A stretch of DNA of 64,000 nucleotides from a bacterium (GCA_030647555.1 JAUSJG010000007.1:36169-100168); one strand, 5' to 3'; numbered from the stretch's first letter, positions 39,845 through 49,809 are shown. Notes: generated by a model not told the origin, from the sequence alone. Made by a program: numbers and translations.

Positions 39845-40783
39845 TTATATTATTCCCCTGAAATACCCAATCGTCTTTTTCAAACCTTCTTCAAGCTCCA
39901 CTTTTGGTTCCCACTTTAGGAATTTTTTGGCGAGGGTGATATCAGGCTGGCGTTTCTTGGGATCGTCATCGGGAATTGTTTTGTACACTATTTCCGATTT
40001 GGAACCAATTAATTTTACAATCCGGTTTGCCAGTTCTCCAACGGTTATTTCCACCGGATTCCCCAAATTTACCGGACCAATCATTTCCGTGTTCTCCATC
40101 ATGCGCACTAACCCGTCAACCAAATCATCGACGTAACAAAAACTACGCGTATGGGTTCCGTCGCCATAAATAGTAATCGGTTCGTTCTTCAACGCCTGAA
40201 TAATAAAATTAGAGACCACCCGCCCATCGTTTGGATGCATCCTTGGACCATAGGTATTAAATATCCGCACAATGCGAATATCTACATTATTTTGACGGTG
40301 ATAACTCATAAACAAAGATTCCGCGACACGTTTTCCTTCATCATAACAACTGCGCAAGCCAAGTGGATTAACGTTACCCCAATAAGTTTCTTTTTGCGGA
40401 TGTTCGTTAGGATCGCCATACACTTCCGACGTCGATGTTTGCAAAATTCGCGCTTTCACGCGCTTGGCGAGACCCAACATATTCACTACTCCAACAGTAG
40501 AGGTTTTAATCGTTTTAATCGGATTGTATTGATAGTGCACTGGACTGGCCGGACAAGCGAGATTATAAATCTGATCCACTTCTACCGTTAACGGATCCGT
40601 CACATCGTGCCGAATCATTTCGAAATGTTTATTATCCAGAAGATGACGAACATTTTCTTTAGAACCGGTAAAAAAATTATCGGCACAAATTACCTCGTGA
40701 CCATCATTCAAAAGACGCTCGCACAAGTGACTACCAATGAATCCCGCCCCACCGGTTACTAATACCGTTTTTTGGTTTTTCAT
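39845..40783 (-). CDS. UDP-glucuronate decarboxylase / UDP-xylose synthase-like NAD-dependent epimerase/dehydratase
   Basis: [13 protein letters not shown] Rossmann motif, a YDEGKR catalytic Y..K, and ~310 aa similar to UXS/ArnA-decarboxylase. Confidence 0.75.
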   Translation of the reverse strand: MKNQKTVLVTGGAGFIGSHLCERLLNDGHEVICADNFFTGSKENVRHLLDNKHFEMIRHDVTDPLTVEVDQIYNLACPASPVHYQYNPIKTIKTSTVGVVNMLGLAKRVKARILQTSTSEVYGDPNEHPQKETYWGNVNPLGLRSCYDEGKRVAESLFMSYHRQNNVDIRIVRIFNTYGPRMHPNDGRVVSNFIIQALKNEPITIYGDGTHTRSFCYVDDLVDGLVRMMENTEMIGPVNLGNPVEITVGELANRIVKLIGSKSEIVYKTIPDDDPKKRQPDITLAKKFLKWEPKVELEEGLKKTIGYFRGII

Positions 40784-40804
40784 CTATAAAAAGTAGCAAG
40801 ATTT

Positions 40805-40900
40805 TACCAATATTGACAAGTAGTATACGGGTCGGACTGCTGTAGCGGTCCGACCCGCACTGGTTCGTCGCCACCAACCAAGAGGTCGGACCGCTCGGCA
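40805..40900. repeat. REP-like GGTCGGAC/GTCCGACC hairpin pair
   Basis: GGGTCGGACtgctgtagcgGTCCGACCC and AGGTCGGACcgctcggcaGTCCGACCT. Confidence 0.7.
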
Positions 40901-41140
40901 GTCCGACCTTATAATAGCGTTTTCATTGACAAAATAAGTAGAATAATATATACTTTTTCCTCATTGGTTGAGACCTGGTACATTTCAAAACTCATATCAT
41001 AATCTTGACAATCGTTTTCACGATTGTTCTCCCGCATGGGGGTACCCAATATTCTTTGTATTGTTCGTTTATAAATTTGGTGCCTCCATGCGGGGGGTTC
41101 TTTTTTTGCGGGGGGCTACCTGCAACAGAGGAGCCTGAAT

Positions 41141-41239
41141 ATGTGGCGTAATTTTTCTGCCCGAAATATGGTCGGTTACTCGCTTTTTCTCGTAACACTC
41201 GTGTTGCTTGAACAAGTGATGATCTGGCTGGAACACTAA
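41141..41239 (+). CDS. Putative 32-aa hydrophobic small protein
   Basis: A GGAG SD lies 8 nt upstream. The ORF MWRNFSARNMVGYSLFLVTLVLLEQVMIWLEH is followed by a strong terminator at 41267-41299. It is not in the supplied ORF track because it is under 60 aa. Confidence 0.3.
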   Translation: MWRNFSARNMVGYSLFLVTLVLLEQVMIWLEH

Positions 41240-41266
41240 CTTAAAGGATTTCATTCAGAGGTAGCT

Positions 41267-41299
41267 AGGACTGTTCTCAACAAACAGTCCTTTTTTTAT
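41267..41299 (+). terminator. Rho-independent terminator
   Basis: AGGACTGTTctcaacaaACAGTCCT followed by TTTTTTT. Confidence 0.65.
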
Positions 41300-41307
41300 G
41301 TTCAAGC

Positions 41308-41451
41308 TCTAAATTTTTAATTTGAAATTTGAAATTTTTAATCAATTTGAAATAAATAAATATTTTAATAACGAATTACGTCCATCGCGGTATTTCAAAT
41401 TTTTATATTTCAAATTGATTTCAAATTTCAAATTAAAAATTTCAAATTCGA
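41308..41451. repeat. Family D long imperfect palindrome
   Basis: AATTTTTAATTTGAAATTTGAAATTTTTAATCAATTTGAAATAAATAAA ... TTTCAAATTGATTTCAAATTTCAAATTAAAAATTTCAAATTCG. Confidence 0.8.
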
Positions 41452-41511
41452 AGCCCCTAATACCAAATTTCCCACACAAGCGGGAAATGGTTTTTTGTCT
41501 GATAAAAAGTC

Positions 41512-42114
41512 CTATTTCTTTTTGGGCGTATCCCACTCCGCGTCATGCAAAACTTTATCCATGACGTTTTCGTAATCATAGATTTCAGCTTTCGTGAACC
41601 AAAGCGCGATTTCACGTTTCGCTTCATCCGGTTCCGATGACGCGTGAATCAGATTGCGAACCGAACGGCCTTCCATATTAGCCATTTCAATCGTGTCAAT
41701 TGTTAAATCACCACGGATACTGCCAACATCCGCCGAAATAGGATTAGTACTGCCGACCAACTGGCGCACATTACTAATCGCGTGAGTTCCCTGCCAAACC
41801 ATCGCGACGACAGGACCGATTGCCAAATAGCGACCAAGCTGATTACGAATCCACTGACCGATTTGAATCGGTGTGCGACTATCCGACAAACCATTTTTCT
41901 CCATTCCGGCTTTGGCTTTTTCACCCAACGCCGTTAAATACGCAACATCGTTTGTGTAATGCTTTTCCAAAATTTCTTTACTCGGCCAAACCATCTTCAT
42001 TCCCACAAGCTTGAGACCGGCTTTTTCAAAGCGACCGATGACATCTCCAATCAAGCCACGCTGTACTCCATCCGGCTTAATCAAAACCAACGTCTGCTGA
42101 CGCTTGATCTCCAT
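41512..42114 (-). CDS. ndk: Nucleoside diphosphate kinase, with an internal insertion
   Basis: Starts MEIKRQQTLVLIKPDGVQRGLIGDVIGRFE. The catalytic His lies in the NLIHASS segment. The start is set at the ATG at 42114. Confidence 0.8.
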   Translation of the reverse strand: MEIKRQQTLVLIKPDGVQRGLIGDVIGRFEKAGLKLVGMKMVWPSKEILEKHYTNDVAYLTALGEKAKAGMEKNGLSDSRTPIQIGQWIRNQLGRYLAIGPVVAMVWQGTHAISNVRQLVGSTNPISADVGSIRGDLTIDTIEMANMEGRSVRNLIHASSEPDEAKREIALWFTKAEIYDYENVMDKVLHDAEWDTPKKK

Positions 42115-42232
42115 TATTCTCGAATCAACCTCCGACTTTTTTTGAGATTTAGGCATATGAGTAACAATATAGGGGAAAACCCATTTATTGACAAATGAGT
42201 AATACTTGAAACCAAATGTTTATAAATACCTC

Positions 42233-42360
42233 CAAAATTACCAATTATCAATGACCAATTATCAATTAATTTTCAAGATTCAATTTTCAATTTGATACCG
42301 TAATTGATAATTTATGAATTGATAATTAATTGAAAATTGGGGATTGATAATTGAAAATTA
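42233..42360. repeat. Family B long imperfect palindrome
   Basis: CCAAAATTACCAATTATCAATGACCAATTATCAATTAATTTTCAAGATTCAATTTTCAATTTGATACCG TAATTGATAATTTATGAATTGATAATTAATTGAAAATTGGGGATTGATAATTGAAAATT. Confidence 0.8.
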
Positions 42361-43221
42361 GAGTTCGCATTCTTTCTCGCACCTCAATTTTACAGACCCA
42401 GACCCCACATTACTTTCCAGAGTGATCGTTCCCATCCGGTCTGTTCTCTCAACTTTTACTCCGCCAAGTCTTTTTAATGTTAATGGATTCGGATGCCCAT
42501 ACATATTTTTTACCCCCACTGAAATAATCGCCATCTTGGGTTTTACAAAATCCAAAAACGTGGTGCTTGAAGATGTTTTACTGCCGTGATGTCCAACCTT
42601 CAAAATATCAGCAGTCAAAACACTGCCATATTTTTTCGCTAAATAATTTTCCGTTGGTGCTTCTATGTCTCCGGTGAGTAATAACGAAACCCCCGGAACA
42701 ATTAATCTTGCAACTACCGAGGCATTATTGATGTTTGTTTTGCTCCATGTGAGTAATTTTTCATCCGGCGAAAGAATGTCTAATTTAATATCATTATAAA
42801 TAATAGTTTGCCCCGCCTCGGCGAAAACTATCGGAATTTTTTTATCCATAACGCTCTGGAGAAATATCCGATAATTTTTTTTATTCTCGATAATTTTTGG
42901 CAATACAACTGTTCCAACCTCATATTTTTTTACAACATATAATAATCCACCGAGATGATCTTGATCCGGGTGCGTTAGAACAACCACGTCAATTTTACGG
43001 TCCCACGCCGGACGATTTTCACCAAGACGTTGCAAAACGGTTAAGTCGGGTCCACCATCTACTAAAACATCAAAATTCCCCTGACGCATAAGAATCGCGT
43101 CACCTTGACCAACATTCATAAAACTCACAAAAACTTTGCCATCGCGAGAATTTTGCAACCACAGAGCCATACCAAGAACCAACGTCCCCACTATTATCAA
43201 AAATATCGCTCTGCGCTTCAT
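42358..43221 (-). CDS. ComEC/Rec2 C-terminal metallo-beta-lactamase domain protein
   Basis: HPDQDHLGG is an MBL HxHxDH motif. There is an N-terminal TM/signal segment. Overlaps the upstream ComEC TM ORF by 4 nt. Confidence 0.75.
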   Translation of the reverse strand: MKRRAIFLIIVGTLVLGMALWLQNSRDGKVFVSFMNVGQGDAILMRQGNFDVLVDGGPDLTVLQRLGENRPAWDRKIDVVVLTHPDQDHLGGLLYVVKKYEVGTVVLPKIIENKKNYRIFLQSVMDKKIPIVFAEAGQTIIYNDIKLDILSPDEKLLTWSKTNINNASVVARLIVPGVSLLLTGDIEAPTENYLAKKYGSVLTADILKVGHHGSKTSSSTTFLDFVKPKMAIISVGVKNMYGHPNPLTLKRLGGVKVERTDRMGTITLESNVGSGSVKLRCEKECEL

Positions 43222-44798
43222 TTTTTCGCCATATCACTTAGTTGTTCAGTGCGGACACTATTTTTGTTCACACTGAACAATTCCCGTATCGGCCAAAATT
43301 GACGCCTTGTTGAACGAGACAAAATAATCGATAGAACAAATAAAAGAAAATAAAAGAGCACAAGATATCCGGCCTTAAATTCTACCAATTGAATATTGGC
43401 ACCGGGGAGTTTTGCCGAAAACTCGACTAGCCCTAAAAATATATCAGTAAGCGCGTGAGTGATAAAAAACAGAAAACCTTGAAGGAACGGTATCCAGCCA
43501 AAAATTAAAACCGCTACCCCCAAAAGCATCAAGGGTGGATAAAGCGGTGCCGCAAATACATTAGCAAGCAACCCAATAAGCGAAACCCGGCCAAATGAAT
43601 AGGCGATAATCGGTGTTGTTGTAAACATCGCGCACGCGGTCATTAAAAAAATATTTTGCAAACCAAAAGATTTCGCGCGAAAAGTAAAACGTTGGCCAAT
43701 GGGATAAAAAACAATTAATCCCCACATTGCCAGCGCGGATAATTGAAAACCCAAATCGGCCAACAAAATTCGCGGATTCGCCATTAGCATTAACACGACA
43801 GTCACTAAAAGAATCCGAACGCCATGGGATTTTCTTCCAGATGCCATCGCAATATAAACCGCCGCAACCATAATAACCGACCGAATACCGCTCGGAGGAA
43901 AATCAACAAGCGCGATAAATAGCGTGGCCAAAACCGCGGTAACAATCATCGCGTAAATTCGCGGTACGCCAATCATGGTTGTAATAAAAAATATCGCGAT
44001 GGCCAACATACTCACGTGTTGCCCGGAAATAGCCACCAAGTGCGCTAAACCGGAATTGGAAAAGTCTGTACGCAAACTTTTTGGAACATCCCGCATATAT
44101 CCCAACAATGTCGCCGAAAAAAGCCCCGCGTCCGGTTCCGGCAACAAAACAAAAAACTTCTCTCGTAAATCATTCCTTATCGTTGTAAGTTTATTTTCCG
44201 CGCCACTTTGCATCACTTGTATTCGCGGATTAAGCATCGTGGCAAAAATGCCATAACGGGCGTAATACCGACGCGGGTCAAAGTGTCCCGCGCTTAAAGA
44301 AAAATTGTCCGGTATGGCAATTTTTCCGATAAATTGAATATCATCTCCCGTTTGGATACTCTCCGAGACCGCTGTTTTTATTTCAAGCACGCCGGGCAAT
44401 ACATTACTTGTATTTTGAATTTTTACATTTTCAACTTGTACTTTTAGTGATAATCCGTCTTCTTCCACACTCTGAACACGGCCTTCATATTTTGAGATAT
44501 TTCCGGCAACATTTTTCCAACTTGCCATGTTTTGCACATCACTCCTGACAGCCAAATCACTAAACACCAAACCCATAAGCAAAGAACCGCTAAAAATTAA
44601 GCCATATCGTACCGCCTGATACCGTCCAAAAACACAGAAAATAAAACATACAGAAAATAACAAATAGAAAACATTCGCCACAACAGGAGAAAAAGTGCTT
44701 CCAAGTATTACCCCCGCGATATACCCAACGCAGAAATACGGAATTATTTGAGGATACATAGTTTTATGATAGTACGTTTTTTGGAACAGGGTGAACAC
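43218..44798 (-). CDS. ComEC/Rec2 transmembrane competence-channel domain protein
   Basis: 526 aa, polytopic. Has the ComEC competence domain (LSGQHVSML-type region) with DUF4131-like N-terminal TM helices. Confidence 0.7.
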   Translation of the reverse strand: MFTLFQKTYYHKTMYPQIIPYFCVGYIAGVILGSTFSPVVANVFYLLFSVCFIFCVFGRYQAVRYGLIFSGSLLMGLVFSDLAVRSDVQNMASWKNVAGNISKYEGRVQSVEEDGLSLKVQVENVKIQNTSNVLPGVLEIKTAVSESIQTGDDIQFIGKIAIPDNFSLSAGHFDPRRYYARYGIFATMLNPRIQVMQSGAENKLTTIRNDLREKFFVLLPEPDAGLFSATLLGYMRDVPKSLRTDFSNSGLAHLVAISGQHVSMLAIAIFFITTMIGVPRIYAMIVTAVLATLFIALVDFPPSGIRSVIMVAAVYIAMASGRKSHGVRILLVTVVLMLMANPRILLADLGFQLSALAMWGLIVFYPIGQRFTFRAKSFGLQNIFLMTACAMFTTTPIIAYSFGRVSLIGLLANVFAAPLYPPLMLLGVAVLIFGWIPFLQGFLFFITHALTDIFLGLVEFSAKLPGANIQLVEFKAGYLVLFYFLLFVLSIILSRSTRRQFWPIRELFSVNKNSVRTEQLSDMAKK

Positions 44799-44812
44799 AG
44801 AACTGCCATAGC

Positions 44813-44948
44813 TAATTTTTAATTTGAAATTTGAAATTTTTAATCAATTTGAAATATCGTAATAGCTTAATTGAAAAACGCGCGATTATTTCAAATTTAA
44901 ATATTAAAAATTGATTTCAAATTGTAAATTTCAAATTTCAAATTCGAG
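44813..44948. repeat. Family D long imperfect palindrome
   Basis: AATTTTTAATTTGAAATTTGAAATTTTTAATCAATTTGAAATATCG ... ATTTCAAATTTAAATATTAAAAATTGATTTCAAATTGTAAATTTCAAATTTCAAATTCG. Confidence 0.8.
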
Positions 44949-44954
44949 AGACCT

Positions 44955-44991
44955 TAAGAAACAAAAGCCCCGCCTTTCTTAGCGGGACTTT
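44955..44991 (-). terminator. Rho-independent terminator after ftsZ
   Basis: On the minus strand, AAAGTCCCGCtaagaaagGCGGGGCTTT is followed by TGTTTCTT. Confidence 0.55.
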
Positions 44992-45019
44992 GTTAGTATT
45001 ATCGTTTTATATCTCTACC

Positions 45020-46225
45020 CTAGCTTTTCATTTTTCGACGAATGAAAGTTGGTATATCCAAATCTTCTTGCGTACTCGGTTGCTGGATCGTCTTTTGCGG
45101 TGGTGGCACAACCGGGTGCGGTTGCGGTGGAGACATCGGATGTTCAACTGGTCGTGAATAAGACGGAACAGAGCTTACCGGACGTTTTGTAATCAAGGTT
45201 CGCGGTTGATCACGACGCTGTAATGGTTCTTTCTTCGCGGAATCAAAACCGGTCGCCACAACGGTGATACGCACCTCATCATTAGCTTGCGTCTCATCAA
45301 TCACGGCGCCGAAAATAACGCGTGCGTTTGGATCGGCATTCTCGGTAATAATACGAGCGGCTTCTTCCACTTCATACATTCCCAAATCAGATCCACCGCT
45401 AATGTTGAACAAAATACCTTTCGCGCCATCAATGGAAACCTCCAAAAGCGGGCTATCGATGGCCGCCCTGGCGGCCTCAACGGCACGATTCTCACCCGTC
45501 GCTCGACCTATCCCCATTAAAGCAGAACCTGCGTCGGACATAATTGCCCTGACGTCGGCAAAATCGACATTAACCATACCGTGTTCTGTAATCAAATCCG
45601 TAATACCCTGAACACCTTGGCGCAACACATCGTCCACAATTCGGAACGCATCCAAAAGTGAGGTTTTTTTGTCGATTACTTGAAGTAAACGGTCGTTTGG
45701 AATTACGACGGCCGCGTCCACACGTTCACATAATTCCGCCAATCCTTCATCGGCGATAATACGGCGTGCCTGTCCTTCAAACGAAAACGGTTTGGTAACA
45801 ATCGCGATTGTTAAAGCACCGCTTTCTTTGGCGATCTCCGCCACAATCGGCATCGCTCCTGTTCCGGTTCCACCACCTTCACCACCGGCAACAAAAACCA
45901 TATCGCTCCCTTTTAGCGCTTCATGAATTTCCTCGCGACTTTCTTCCGCGGCTTGCTGACCGACAGACGGATCCATACCGGCACCTAAACCCCTTGTAAG
46001 AGTTTGACCGATGTGAATCTTTTGATCCGCGCCGGAATGATGCAAAGCCTGCGCGTCCGTATTGACCGCAATAAATTCCACTCCTTTTATTTTTGCCTCA
46101 ACCATTCTATTCAATGCCGCGTTGCCGGATCCGCCGACACCAACGACTTTTATTTTTGGAAGTGTTTCTATTTTTGGTTTGACTTCTGCCATAAATCTTT
46201 GTTTCAATTCCTTAGTGGGTAACAC
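45020..46225 (-). CDS. ftsZ: Cell division protein FtsZ
   Basis: GGGTGTG tubulin signature. 401 aa. Confidence 0.95.
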   Translation of the reverse strand: MLPTKELKQRFMAEVKPKIETLPKIKVVGVGGSGNAALNRMVEAKIKGVEFIAVNTDAQALHHSGADQKIHIGQTLTRGLGAGMDPSVGQQAAEESREEIHEALKGSDMVFVAGGEGGGTGTGAMPIVAEIAKESGALTIAIVTKPFSFEGQARRIIADEGLAELCERVDAAVVIPNDRLLQVIDKKTSLLDAFRIVDDVLRQGVQGITDLITEHGMVNVDFADVRAIMSDAGSALMGIGRATGENRAVEAARAAIDSPLLEVSIDGAKGILFNISGGSDLGMYEVEEAARIITENADPNARVIFGAVIDETQANDEVRITVVATGFDSAKKEPLQRRDQPRTLITKRPVSSVPSYSRPVEHPMSPPQPHPVVPPPQKTIQQPSTQEDLDIPTFIRRKMKS

Positions 46226-46508
46226 GGCCAGAATAACACTTCAAAAAACCTTGTCAAACAAGCATTTGTTAAACCTGAACACTATTATTGTTCACGATGA
46301 ACAATAAATGTATATATTTGCCATCTACGCATATGAAGAACGCATTAATTTAAAAGATGTATTTGGTATTTTGTATATGGTATATGGAGCGTAGAAAGCT
46401 TGCTGGTTTTCATATACTATATACCAAATACTATATACTTTTTCTAAACCAATTTTAAATAAAAAGACCCACCATGGTGGGTTAGCAAATTCAAAACAGC
46501 ACCTATTA

Positions 46509-47753
46509 CTAAGGCATCAACGACCGAAACCACCCGCGAATTTTTGTTACTGTTGGGCCAACGGACGATAAATTCGGCATCTTTGAACTCGGTTTTGATT
46601 GATGCGTGTCCATGGTATGAAAAATCAATCCAACCGCCGTGGCCCATGCCGGATCATATATTTCATCAACAATTCCCGGCAATGGTTGCGGATAACCCAA
46701 CTGCGCCGGTAACCGTAATTCTTTTTTTGCCAGTTCAACAACGCCGTGCATTTTTGCGCCCCCGCCGGTAAGAACCACACCGGCCGGCAACAACCCTGAA
46801 CGTTGCACCATTTTTAATTCTTTATTAACCATTAAAAATATCTCCGCCAATCTTGCCTCAATAATTTCCGCGACATGACGACGCGGAATTTCAGTCTCTT
46901 CTTCCTGTTCATCCATATGTTTCAAATTGATAATTTGCGTTTTCTTTACTTCGTCCGGTATGGCTGTGCCCAATTCGACCTTAATTTTTTCCGCCACGTC
47001 AATTGAAGACCTTAAACCGATCGCGATGTCATTGGTAATATGCATCGATCCAATCGGCAATGTTGCCGTTTGAAGCAAACGGTTTTCTTCAAAAACGGCA
47101 ATATTTGTCGTGCCACCGCCCAAATCTATTAAAATTACACCAAGTTCTCTTTGTCTCTTGGAAAGAACCGCCTTCGCGGCAGATAACGGCGCGTAAACCA
47201 AATCTTCCACGGTCACACCCGCCTGATAAACACACTTCGTTAAATTTTTTATAAATGGCGCGGACCCCTCAATAATATGGGCGTCCACTTCCAATCTAAC
47301 ACCCGTCATCCCCAACGGATCGGTAATGCCATCCTGACTATCCACAACAAACTGTTGTGGAACAACATGAAGTATTTCTCGATTTGATGGAATAGAAATT
47401 GCTTGCGCCGCATTAATCACGCGCGTGATATCGTCTTCACTGATTTCTCCATCGGCGCGAGACACCGCAATTACACCGCGACTGTTTTGAGAAGAAATAT
47501 GCGCCCCCCCAATACTAACCGTGGCATGCTCAATCGGCGAACCGGCCATTTGTTCCGCCCGATCCAAAGCACTACTCACAGATTGAATCGTTTCTTCCAC
47601 GTCGGTAACGACCCCTTTTTGAATACCGGAAGATGGAACTACGCCAATCCCCACCACCGAAGGTTTTTCATTTTCCGGCGATCGAACCGCCACCACAACT
47701 CGCGTTGTGGTAGTGCCGACGTCTAAACCTACGATTAAATCTTCTTTAGCCAT
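46509..47753 (-). CDS. ftsA: Cell division protein FtsA
   Basis: 414 aa. Actin-like ATPase with VGLDVGTT at the N-terminus. Located upstream of ftsZ. Confidence 0.9.
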   Translation of the reverse strand: MAKEDLIVGLDVGTTTTRVVVAVRSPENEKPSVVGIGVVPSSGIQKGVVTDVEETIQSVSSALDRAEQMAGSPIEHATVSIGGAHISSQNSRGVIAVSRADGEISEDDITRVINAAQAISIPSNREILHVVPQQFVVDSQDGITDPLGMTGVRLEVDAHIIEGSAPFIKNLTKCVYQAGVTVEDLVYAPLSAAKAVLSKRQRELGVILIDLGGGTTNIAVFEENRLLQTATLPIGSMHITNDIAIGLRSSIDVAEKIKVELGTAIPDEVKKTQIINLKHMDEQEEETEIPRRHVAEIIEARLAEIFLMVNKELKMVQRSGLLPAGVVLTGGGAKMHGVVELAKKELRLPAQLGYPQPLPGIVDEIYDPAWATAVGLIFHTMDTHQSKPSSKMPNLSSVGPTVTKIRGWFRSLMP

Positions 47754-47803
47754 AATTCTTATACGTTATCATACCACGATAAACAACAAACAATTTACTC
47801 CCT

Positions 47804-48187
47804 CTAATTGCCATCACTTAAATTCGTTAAGCAATACCCCGCTGTTTTGTTTAACAGAGGTGGAATGAAAATAAATAGTCCCACCAATACCGCGCAAATA
47901 GACGCCAAAAGCACGGCGGCGGCGGCCAAATCCTTTGTTTTTTTAATGGCTAAATGTTGCTCCGGATGCACCCGATCCGCGAACGATTCTATTGCCGAAT
48001 TAACATATTCCATCGCTATTACAAAAAAGATCGTCAAAATAAGCACCGCCCAATCAAGCGACGACAAACAAACAAAAAAACTGGCAATAAAAACCACCAC
48101 ACCAACAATGATATGTAGACGAATCGAACGATCGTGTTTTATCCCCACCATAAGGCCATGGAGTGCATATTTAAGGCGTCGAATCAT
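47804..48187 (-). CDS. dgkA: Diacylglycerol/undecaprenol kinase (DgkA family)
   Basis: 127 aa, three TM helices, an AIESF...D motif. Confidence 0.75.
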   Translation of the reverse strand: MIRRLKYALHGLMVGIKHDRSIRLHIIVGVVVFIASFFVCLSSLDWAVLILTIFFVIAMEYVNSAIESFADRVHPEQHLAIKKTKDLAAAAVLLASICAVLVGLFIFIPPLLNKTAGYCLTNLSDGN

Positions 48188-48630
48188 ATCTTTTCAAAAA
48201 AATTAATAATTTTGTTCGAAACTTTTTCCATCTCGTCCTGTTTCAGATCGGTATCATGATCATATCCGCACAAATGCAATAAACCATGTACCACCAAAAA
48301 ATTCAATTCTTTTTTTTCTTCCCTGCCTTTGTTTATTGAATTTTTTAGCGCAAATTTTGGGTTTATTACGATATCACCCAAAGAAACATTCCCCTCGGGA
48401 TCTTTATCAAAAATACTGTCGTCCTGAAGTGGAAAAGACAAAACATCCGTTATTTTATTAATTTTTCTAGTGATTCTATTCAGTTTACGAATTTCCGCAT
48501 CATCCACAAAAAAAATGTTTACCTTTGATTCTTTTGGTAAATTTAAAACTTTCCCCGCGCATCGCATTAATTCTTCAATAACATCCGCGGAGACGCGCAT
48601 CTTAGTATTATTTTCAAACTCAACCTTCAT
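48184..48630 (-). CDS. ybeY: rRNA maturation endoribonuclease YbeY
   Basis: HGLLHLCGYDH zinc-binding motif. Confidence 0.9.
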   Translation of the reverse strand: MKVEFENNTKMRVSADVIEELMRCAGKVLNLPKESKVNIFFVDDAEIRKLNRITRKINKITDVLSFPLQDDSIFDKDPEGNVSLGDIVINPKFALKNSINKGREEKKELNFLVVHGLLHLCGYDHDTDLKQDEMEKVSNKIINFFEKI

Positions 48631-48648
48631 GTTTCTTTCCGGAAAATA

Positions 48649-49809
48649 CTAGATACTACAACGCGCCGGACCGGAAAGTTTGTCGTTGGGAGACGCAATG
48701 AACGGATTATACCCATTAACAACTTCTTGACCATCCAAATACCCATCTCCATCCGTATCCGGATTATTTACATCCGTCCCCCAACATTTTTCATCGGGAT
48801 CCGCCAAACCATCACGATCGGTATCAAGTTTTCCACCACTCACTAACGGGTCGTAACCGGCATCAATTTCTTGCTTATCGGTGTATCCATCCCCATCCGT
48901 GTCGGCTTTAAATGGGTCCGTGCCCAACTTGGTTTCTTGCGCGTCAGTTAGCCCATCACCATCCGAATCGGTCAATAAAAGCGTATCCGCGCTTGGCGTC
49001 GGTGAAGCAACGACAATATCGGATGAAGGATTTGGCGTAAATAATGATGAGTCTGTTGGTGACGTAGGTGGTGGTGTACTACCGGAACGAGTCAAAAAAT
49101 ACCAAAGCGACATAAAAATTACCGCGATAAATAACAGCAACACAATGACAACAATCGCCAATCGTCGCGGGCGAATATTTCGATCAACACTGGCCTCCGG
49201 TGGCGCGGTGGGCGGTGGGACACTTTTTCCCGATGCCTTAATATCATCATCACCGGATTTATTTAGAAGTTCCTCGATATCGTTTTCAACAGCACTTTCC
49301 GGAGCCACGGGCGCCCTCGGCACTCCAATTTTTGACCTCACCGATACGGTGTCAACAATTTCTTTAGCGGACGGTTCTTCTTTTACCTTATCAATCAACG
49401 CGTCTTTCTCTTTAATAACTTCAGGGATATTTTTTGGCCCTCTGCTTATAGACGAACCTTTTAACGCGGTACCTATGCCAAATTTAGCGGTAGAACTCTT
49501 CATCGGACTCGTGGGTGCGGACGGTAACGGACCCCTCACACCAGGCACAATCTTTGGTATCGATCTCGGGACGGCTGGAATTTCTTTAACGAGTTTTTCG
49601 TCGATAAATTTTACTTCATTAGGCAAATCATCCGAAACATCATCCACAAACGGTAAATCGGCAGGAGGTTCAACTCCGCCCCGCTTTGGCAAACTAGGTA
49701 TCCCCATTGATGAACTCTTTGGTAAAGCGGGTTTTGCCCCGGCACCCAAAATATCATCGGATGAATTTGTTCCCTGATTATCCCCTGAATTTGTTGTTTG
49801 TGTGTCCAT
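48649..49809 (-). CDS. Membrane-anchored protein with C-terminal thrombospondin type-3-like Asp-rich calcium-binding repeats
   Basis: A single TM helix at LAIVVIVLLLFIAVIFMSLWYFL. The C-terminus has DSDGDGLTDAQE, DTDGDGYTDKQE, DTDRDGLADPDE and DTDGDGYLDGQE repeats. Confidence 0.6.
   Translation of the reverse strand: MDTQTTNSGDNQGTNSSDDILGAGAKPALPKSSSMGIPSLPKRGGVEPPADLPFVDDVSDDLPNEVKFIDEKLVKEIPAVPRSIPKIVPGVRGPLPSAPTSPMKSSTAKFGIGTALKGSSISRGPKNIPEVIKEKDALIDKVKEEPSAKEIVDTVSVRSKIGVPRAPVAPESAVENDIEELLNKSGDDDIKASGKSVPPPTAPPEASVDRNIRPRRLAIVVIVLLLFIAVIFMSLWYFLTRSGSTPPPTSPTDSSLFTPNPSSDIVVASPTPSADTLLLTDSDGDGLTDAQETKLGTDPFKADTDGDGYTDKQEIDAGYDPLVSGGKLDTDRDGLADPDEKCWGTDVNNPDTDGDGYLDGQEVVNGYNPFIASPNDKLSGPARCSI

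Noticed and set aside
3998-44948. The palindromic repeat elements as a CRISPR array
   Set aside because: There is no regular direct-repeat/spacer periodicity. The elements are dispersed single palindromes, and no cas genes are present.
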